Virus record (IMG/VR): IMGVR_UViG_3300043775_002158
Span: 1-64,000 of that record
DNA: 64,000 bases
Origin: a virus
Strand: one strand, 5' to 3'
The notes below the pieces were generated by a model. The model was not told where the DNA came from, did not search any database, and saw only the letters and a program-made list of their open reading frames with translations. A program made the translations under genes and the position numbers. Numbering within the stretch: the stretch's first letter is position 1; each line of letters begins with the position of its first letter. This document shows, one piece after another, positions 58,848 to 64,000 of the stretch.

Positions 58848-59080
58848 TGAAATACGAAGTTGTTGATATTCCACAACCGGAAAATTGTGAAAAATGTACA
58901 CCATGTCTTAGACTTAGATTAATGGAAATGGGGTTTATTACGGGAGAAAGAATTGAATTTGGAGAAAGTAGATTAGGTTTATATATGGTTAATATATTAA
59001 CCGAAAATGACCATATCTCTTCGGTGGTTGCACTTAGACAAGAAGAATTGGATAGAATATGTTTAAAAGGGGTTTTATAA
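58847..59080 (+). CDS. feoA: FeoA-like SH3 protein
   Basis: RLRLMEMGFITGERI...VALRQEE. Confidence 0.75.
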   Translation: MKYEVVDIPQPENCEKCTPCLRLRLMEMGFITGERIEFGESRLGLYMVNILTENDHISSVVALRQEELDRICLKGVL

Positions 59081-59103
59081 CCCCTTTTTTAGTATTTATA
59101 TGT

Positions 59104-59283
59104 ATGGAAAAATTTTATAGAACATATGACGATAGAGTCTTTTTTGGTATTTGTAGCGGTTTGGGGGTTAGAACCAATATCGATCCTTTAGTTTGGAGAT
59201 TATTGTTTTTTTTCTTAATTTTTTCACCGGTACCAATAATAACAGGTTATTTATTAACTACAATTTTAACTAAAAGTGTATGA
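59104..59283 (+). CDS. pspC: PspC-domain membrane protein
   Basis: Start ATG 59104; FYRTYDDRVFFGICSGLG...IDPLVWRL. Confidence 0.85.
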   Translation: MEKFYRTYDDRVFFGICSGLGVRTNIDPLVWRLLFFFLIFSPVPIITGYLLTTILTKSV

Positions 59284-60107
59284 AAAAATTTTTATTAATC
59301 GTCGGTTTAATTTTAATTTTAACGTTATTTGTTTCAATAATGTTAAACGCTCAAGTAAGTTCTTGGAGAAATAATTCACAACAAAGAACAACCGCACCAA
59401 GAATTCAACCATCAACTCCACAAAGAAATGACGTTAGTCGATGGAGAACACAAACAGAACCAATTAGACCAGGTCAACCTATTCCAAATAGACCTTTAGT
59501 GAGAAGATGGAGAGGTGGGGGTGTAAATCCATATGGATTAATGTGGGGAAATTGGGGGTGGTATCAACCATACCCATATATTTGGTACGATGATTATGGA
59601 TGGAGACATAGAAGTGTAGTTCGTGTTTATGAAAATGGAAAAAGAGATACTGTTAAAAAGGAAACATATTATACTTTAGGTATTGGACATACAAATAACA
59701 ATCAAGCTTCTTTTTGGGGTGCTGTAGGTGGTAATAAAGGATACTTTATTGTTGATTACGTTATGACCTATGAAATTGATCGCAACCAATATTTTCCAAA
59801 TGGTAAAATTAATGAAGTTGATTTTCCGTTAAGTAAAAATGACTTTTTAAAAGAGGGTACATTATATCTTGGTGGAGGTAAGAGATTCGGTAAATTAGGT
59901 GTCCATGGAATGGTTGGATTTGGAAATGAAATTATTAGATACCAAGGTAAAGATGATTTAGGTGGTATTTCATTTCCTAAATCAAATTCAAATTTTACAA
60001 CATTTAAATTTGGTATTATAAGAGATTTCAAATTCTTCACATTAAAGTTAGATAGAGACCCAATAAGAAATTACAATCAAATATCAATTGGATTGAATAA
60101 TAAGTAA
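59280..60107 (+). CDS. exported protein: Arg/Pro/Trp-rich N-region + beta-barrel-like C-region
   Basis: Signal peptide LNA-Q; repeated VS(S/R)WR; Gly/aromatic amphipathic strands. Confidence 0.6.
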   Translation: MKKFLLIVGLILILTLFVSIMLNAQVSSWRNNSQQRTTAPRIQPSTPQRNDVSRWRTQTEPIRPGQPIPNRPLVRRWRGGGVNPYGLMWGNWGWYQPYPYIWYDDYGWRHRSVVRVYENGKRDTVKKETYYTLGIGHTNNNQASFWGAVGGNKGYFIVDYVMTYEIDRNQYFPNGKINEVDFPLSKNDFLKEGTLYLGGGKRFGKLGVHGMVGFGNEIIRYQGKDDLGGISFPKSNSNFTTFKFGIIRDFKFFTLKLDRDPIRNYNQISIGLNNK

Positions 60108-61555
60108 TGAAAAAAAATCTAATTGTTTTATTAATTTTATGTTTCATAGGTTTTAAATCATATGGACAAACATTTACACAAACATTTATTGATAAATGTA
60201 CAGGTGAAGTTAAAGTTGCAACAACAACTTATATAAGTGGTAATGCATTTGTATCTTTTTATAATCAAAGTAAAACATTCACACCTTTAGAAGTCCAAAC
60301 AGGACAATTACAATTATGGTTACAAACAACTTACGCAACATATAACTCGATGGCCTGTCCAACAAATCAGGTAGTTCAACAAACAATACAAAATACAGTT
60401 ACACAGGCGGCGGCAACCGCAGCAAGTAATGCAGCATCTTCGGCGGCAAGTAATGCGGCATCTTCAGCTGCAAGTAATGCGGCAAGTTCATCGGCATCAA
60501 CTGCGGCGAGTTCGTCGGCATCAACTGCTGCGAGTTCGTCGGCATCAAGTAGTTCCGCCGCAACATCAAGTTCAAGTACAACAACATCATCTAGTAGTTC
60601 ATCTTCATCTAGTAGTTCATCTTCATCTAGTAGTTCATCTTCATCTTCTGAATCAAAGACTGAGAGTAGTTCTTCATCATCGGAATCAAAATCTGAAACA
60701 AAGAGTGAATCAAAATCTGAAAGTAAATCAGAAGAAAAAAAATCAGAAAGTAAATCAGAAGAAAAAAAAGAAGAGAAAAAGTCAGAGGAAAAGAAAGAGG
60801 AAAAGAAAGAGGAAAAGAAAGAGGAAAAGAAAGAGGAGAAGAAGAAGGAAGAAAAAAAAGATAAAAAGGAAGATAAGAAAGAAAAAAAGAAAGGAGGAGT
60901 ATTAAATCCGATGTTAATTGCCTCAGATTATACTGTTGCTCAAAATGCGGATAAAAGTTTTGGTTCTATGTTAGGGTTGGGTTGGAGTAAATCATCATTA
61001 ATGGGTGACGAATCTTTTTCAGCAAATGCAATTATATGGAGTAACCTAAAACAATTTGCGTTAGGTGGTGGATATACCAAAATGGACTTTAGTGGTGGTA
61101 AATTAAATGCCATACATTCTTATGGTGTAACAACCGCATATTTGAATGGTAATTATATGGGTTTACTTGGTTATACTTACATTAAACCACATCCTAAATT
61201 TGGAACTTACGGATACAATATAGGTGTTGTAAATTTATTCATTAAAGATGAAAAAGGTAAATTTAATTATAGTGTTGTAAGTTCAGCTGTTGCATTTTGG
61301 ACTAAACCATATTCATATTCAAAGAAACTTTCAATATCACCTCAATTATTTGTTATGTCTTCACCATTATCTTATAATACAGTTACGGGAGTAAGTATGG
61401 TTAATAGACACGCAGGATATTTGGTTGGAGGTTCGTTTGATTATAAATTAAGTAAAAGATTTGGGTTTACTTTTAATTATAGAATGAACGGATCAACTCA
61501 ACCATATAGTCCTATTTTACATAACTTCTTGATTGGTAGTAGAATGACATTATAA
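60107..61555 (+). CDS. exported protein with Ser/Ala and Lys/Glu low-complexity stalk and C-terminal beta-barrel
   Basis: Signal peptide; AASNAASS repeats, poly-Ser, EEKK repeats; amphipathic strands to C-terminus. Confidence 0.7.
   Translation: MKKNLIVLLILCFIGFKSYGQTFTQTFIDKCTGEVKVATTTYISGNAFVSFYNQSKTFTPLEVQTGQLQLWLQTTYATYNSMACPTNQVVQQTIQNTVTQAAATAASNAASSAASNAASSAASNAASSSASTAASSSASTAASSSASSSSAATSSSSTTTSSSSSSSSSSSSSSSSSSSSSESKTESSSSSSESKSETKSESKSESKSEEKKSESKSEEKKEEKKSEEKKEEKKEEKKEEKKEEKKKEEKKDKKEDKKEKKKGGVLNPMLIASDYTVAQNADKSFGSMLGLGWSKSSLMGDESFSANAIIWSNLKQFALGGGYTKMDFSGGKLNAIHSYGVTTAYLNGNYMGLLGYTYIKPHPKFGTYGYNIGVVNLFIKDEKGKFNYSVVSSAVAFWTKPYSYSKKLSISPQLFVMSSPLSYNTVTGVSMVNRHAGYLVGGSFDYKLSKRFGFTFNYRMNGSTQPYSPILHNFLIGSRMTL
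60409..60890 (+). repeat. coding tandem repeats (24-nt AASNAASS units, 18-nt poly-Ser units, 12-nt GAGGAAAAGAAA units)
   Basis: Visible directly in sequence. Confidence 0.85.
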
Positions 61556-61585
61556 AAAAATCCCCGAAGTATAAACCACGGGGAT
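61554..61585 (-). terminator. intrinsic terminator of minus-strand transcript
   Basis: ATCCCCG-12nt-CGGGGAT with A7 on + strand (U-tract on -). Confidence 0.75.
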
Positions 61586-61616
61586 ATGACAAAAAATAAA
61601 TGTACCTCTCTCCTGA
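61554..61616 (-). ncRNA. putative antisense RNA / 3'UTR complementary to start of gene 48670
   Basis: CAGGAGAGAGGUACAUUUAUUUUUUGUCAUAU can form about 28 bp with 48668-48698. Confidence 0.45.
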
Positions 61617-61642
61617 TACAATATAAATTTATTAAAGTTTTT

Positions 61643-61981
61643 TTATAAAGTCAATTCTTTATGAAGATTTAATACCTGACTACAAATTTCATAATCTTCG
61701 TTTTCTTCAAAGTAAGGTAATATGTCTCTTTTTAAAACAATCGTTTCACTACGATGAAATTCAAATTCAGTATTCCAATCCGCATCTTTAAACTTAGCTG
61801 AAAGTTTTAAAACTAAAGATTTTTTTCTTGTATTTTTAAACTCTTCAAAAATTTCAATTATTGATTTATAAATGTCTTCTTTGTTTGGTTCATAAAAACT
61901 TTTCCAATCCTTATATACTCCATTGATTATCAATTCTTTATAAGGTTTTTTTCTTCTTTTTGGTTGGTCCAAATTTTCCAT
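61643..61981 (-). CDS. hypothetical protein with UVR-like motif
   Basis: YFEENEDYEICSQVLNL. Confidence 0.65.
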   Translation of the reverse strand: MENLDQPKRRKKPYKELIINGVYKDWKSFYEPNKEDIYKSIIEIFEEFKNTRKKSLVLKLSAKFKDADWNTEFEFHRSETIVLKRDILPYFEENEDYEICSQVLNLHKELTL

Positions 61982-62046
61982 GTAAGTAAGTGTTTAGTTT
62001 GTTTAGTAATTATGTAAAAGTAATGATTTTTTTGAATAACCAAAAA

Positions 62047-62535
62047 TTATTCGTCACCAATTGTACGATCCCATTTTGCTTTACGTTCTTCGGGGGATAA
62101 CATGTGTATTTCACTAATAGTGTGGTTAATTTGAACTCTTACACAAGTTTGGGGTAATTTACAATTCATCAAATAATTATTAATATAACCCATCATATTT
62201 GCCGCACCAATAGGGTTTGCTGAATGTACATATATCTGAGGTAATGGTATTTTTTCATTCATACTTTCACTAACCAAATAACGGCAACAATCCATACCTG
62301 TCCTTTCATTAATGTTGTTGTAATCCAACATATAATTATTTTTTACATTTGTATAATACTCAACCATCGCACCTTCACCTAAATCATGATCTAAGGATAT
62401 TAATTCAAATGTACCTAATCCATGTAATTTTATTTGTGCAACAAATTCGTCATAGTTTCTTACAACAATCCAATCTTCATCTACGGGAGTTCTTATATCG
62501 TCAAGGTATAATCTTAATCTTTTATTAATTTTCAT
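62047..62535 (-). CDS. cyclic-phosphate-processing receiver-domain protein
   Basis: LYLDDIRTP, ISLDHDLG, TGMDC, VHSANPIGA; adjacent to RNA ligase. Confidence 0.8.
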   Translation of the reverse strand: MKINKRLRLYLDDIRTPVDEDWIVVRNYDEFVAQIKLHGLGTFELISLDHDLGEGAMVEYYTNVKNNYMLDYNNINERTGMDCCRYLVSESMNEKIPLPQIYVHSANPIGAANMMGYINNYLMNCKLPQTCVRVQINHTISEIHMLSPEERKAKWDRTIGDE

Positions 62536-63595
62536 CTTTTTTAAATGGTTTTGAATATTTTGGCTTAATTAATTTCCAAATTATTTCGTCTACTTTCGAA
62601 TTATTATTATCCCACATTGCAAACATTATTGGATGTAAAACTTTTTGTTGTTTCATTACAAATTCCGCAAATTCTTTTTTGGATGGTTCGGGGTCTCTAT
62701 CACCAAATTTTCCATACCTAAAACCATCGTGTAATTTTCCTGCGGTCTCTCTTAATTGAAAACATGAATACCTTAAATCACTAATTGTTTTTTTAACCCA
62801 ATCATTAAATTCATCTGGAACTTTTTCAAGTAGTTCATCAAATGGTTTATTATCTTTTAGATATTCCCATATATCTTGATTAGATATGTTTGTTAAAATT
62901 TTATGAAGACGTTTATATTCTTCACCTTTGATTTTCATACGAAAACCATTCTTAAATTTAATTACATATCCTTCTCTATCTTTACTTATTTCTTCTTTAA
63001 GTAAATCATACGATTCACCCCAAGTCTTGTATGTCATAACAACTTCAAATCCAGAATCTTGTGTCCAAAACAAACTACTATCAGGTATTTCTTCACCTGT
63101 TTCTGTATGAATGGCACCAAGAACAACTAATTTTTCTTCACCTTTATAATCAACAACAATTCTATTTTCAGGATAAATTATTTCAAACAAATATGTGTTA
63201 TCTTTTCTCCACGATCCAATATCGTGTCTATCAAGAATTTCTTTTCCTTTGATAGCTTGTGGTGAGGTAAATGACCCACGAGTTGCCATTATCCATTCAC
63301 CTTCATAATTAAAAAGAATACCTAATGAACCATCCATCTTTTCGTAAACAACATAATCTTCATTAGGAATATCTTCTGGTTTATGTTCTTCGTAATTAAA
63401 AAATTTCTTAAATGGTCTTGCAACAATGTCACCTTTTGAATTGATAACCAACCCACGACATTGTAAAGTAATATCATCCCACAATCTTTCGTATTGAACT
63501 TTTGGTGAATAGTTCCATATAGTCAAATCTTTCGTAGGATGTGTTTGTTTGTGTAACAAACCATCATTATAATATTTTTCTAATATGTCTAACAT
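62525..63595 (-). CDS. T4 Rnl1-like RNA ligase
   Basis: CRGLV, RPFKKFFN, EKMDGSLG (motif I), FEII, EGYV, KIKG.EY. Confidence 0.9.
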   Translation of the reverse strand: MLDILEKYYNDGLLHKQTHPTKDLTIWNYSPKVQYERLWDDITLQCRGLVINSKGDIVARPFKKFFNYEEHKPEDIPNEDYVVYEKMDGSLGILFNYEGEWIMATRGSFTSPQAIKGKEILDRHDIGSWRKDNTYLFEIIYPENRIVVDYKGEEKLVVLGAIHTETGEEIPDSSLFWTQDSGFEVVMTYKTWGESYDLLKEEISKDREGYVIKFKNGFRMKIKGEEYKRLHKILTNISNQDIWEYLKDNKPFDELLEKVPDEFNDWVKKTISDLRYSCFQLRETAGKLHDGFRYGKFGDRDPEPSKKEFAEFVMKQQKVLHPIMFAMWDNNNSKVDEIIWKLIKPKYSKPFKKDEN

Positions 63596-63598
63596 AAA

Positions 63599-63841
63599 TT
63601 AGTTTAATCTTTTGTGGAAACCGATGTTGTAGGTATGTTTTAACCAATTGAGTGACAAATATATACCACATATTTTGTTTTTCCAAATAGAAACGTGAGC
63701 ATCGGGAAAACAAGTTTCAAAATAAAAATAAATAAAAGGTAAAGGATATAATGACCATTGGTTTTTTTGTAAGTTAGCGTGGAATTTCATCTTTGGTTTT
63801 GGATTTACGGACTCAAAAAACGAAATAATAAATTCACTCAT
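63599..63841 (-). CDS. hypothetical protein
   Basis: 80 aa ORF translationally coupled to upstream gene. Confidence 0.6.
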   Translation of the reverse strand: MSEFIISFFESVNPKPKMKFHANLQKNQWSLYPLPFIYFYFETCFPDAHVSIWKNKICGIYLSLNWLKHTYNIGFHKRLN

Positions 63842-64000
63842 TAAAGTTTAATTTGAAATCTATTTTTCATTTGTTGAAGTTTATCTTCGGGAACTCCATG
63901 AACATTTTCATTCCCGTGTCTATTTTCAACAATTACAGTATGAACTCTGTAATTATATCTTTCTGCCATTTTAAAATACTCATCCATTTCCCATTCTTGA
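63841..64000 (-). CDS. partial polynucleotide-kinase-like (AAA_33) protein, C-terminus
   Basis: Hand translation QEWEMDEYFKMAERYNYRVHTVIVENRHGNENVHGVPEDKLQQMKNRFQIKL*. Confidence 0.75.
   Translation of the reverse strand, partial: QEWEMDEYFKMAERYNYRVHTVIVENRHGNENVHGVPEDKLQQMKNRFQIKL

Noticed and set aside
60399-60905. Alternative-frame ORFs 60429-60905 (+) and 60399-60590 (-)
   Set aside because: Stop-free by-products of the low-complexity repeats in gene 60107
48670-61555. Complete curli (csgBAC-DEFG) operon
   Set aside because: No curlin repeat proteins or recognisable CsgE/CsgF; only CsgG-like components

Overview
AT-rich, gene-dense segment of a very large (jumbo/mega) tailed phage genome, read with genetic code 11. 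The host is most likely Bacteroidota: there are TAnnTTTG -7 promoters, A-rich Shine-Dalgarno-less starts and boxA-like RNA leaders. No core capsid, terminase or polymerase genes fall in the window, so the phage call rests on gene content. Left to right: (i) 1-2150, small leftward genes and a non-coding zone with repeated TGCCAAACA boxes, a DnaA box and a G/C dyad at the strand switch (origin or terminus candidate). (ii) 2150-41700, about 22 genes that share a short N-terminal leader ending in (I/L/V)-x-E, most preceded by a TATTTATA motif. They look like virion-packaged cargo: endonucleases, ART-like proteins, peptidoglycan-binding and hydrolysing proteins, and membrane proteins. They are interspersed with ADP-heptose genes, an endolysin and a six-gene glycosylation operon. 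(iii) 41690-48580, an RNA-rich block: small RNA, tmRNA, an ~870 nt GOLLD-like RNA, six tRNAs and structured spacers. (iv) 48670-61555, a co-oriented island of exported proteins (two CsgG-like proteins, two cohesin+dockerin-like scaffolds, one carrying a C-type lectin and an LCCL domain, T9SS-CTD-like lipoproteins, beta-barrels, lipase). Just past its end is a sequence complementary to the start of its first gene, a candidate antisense RNA. (v) 62047-64000, an RNA-repair module. The island with its putative antisense control and the leader-tagged cargo family are the best candidates for undescribed systems. All domain calls are from motif recognition by eye; no searches were run.
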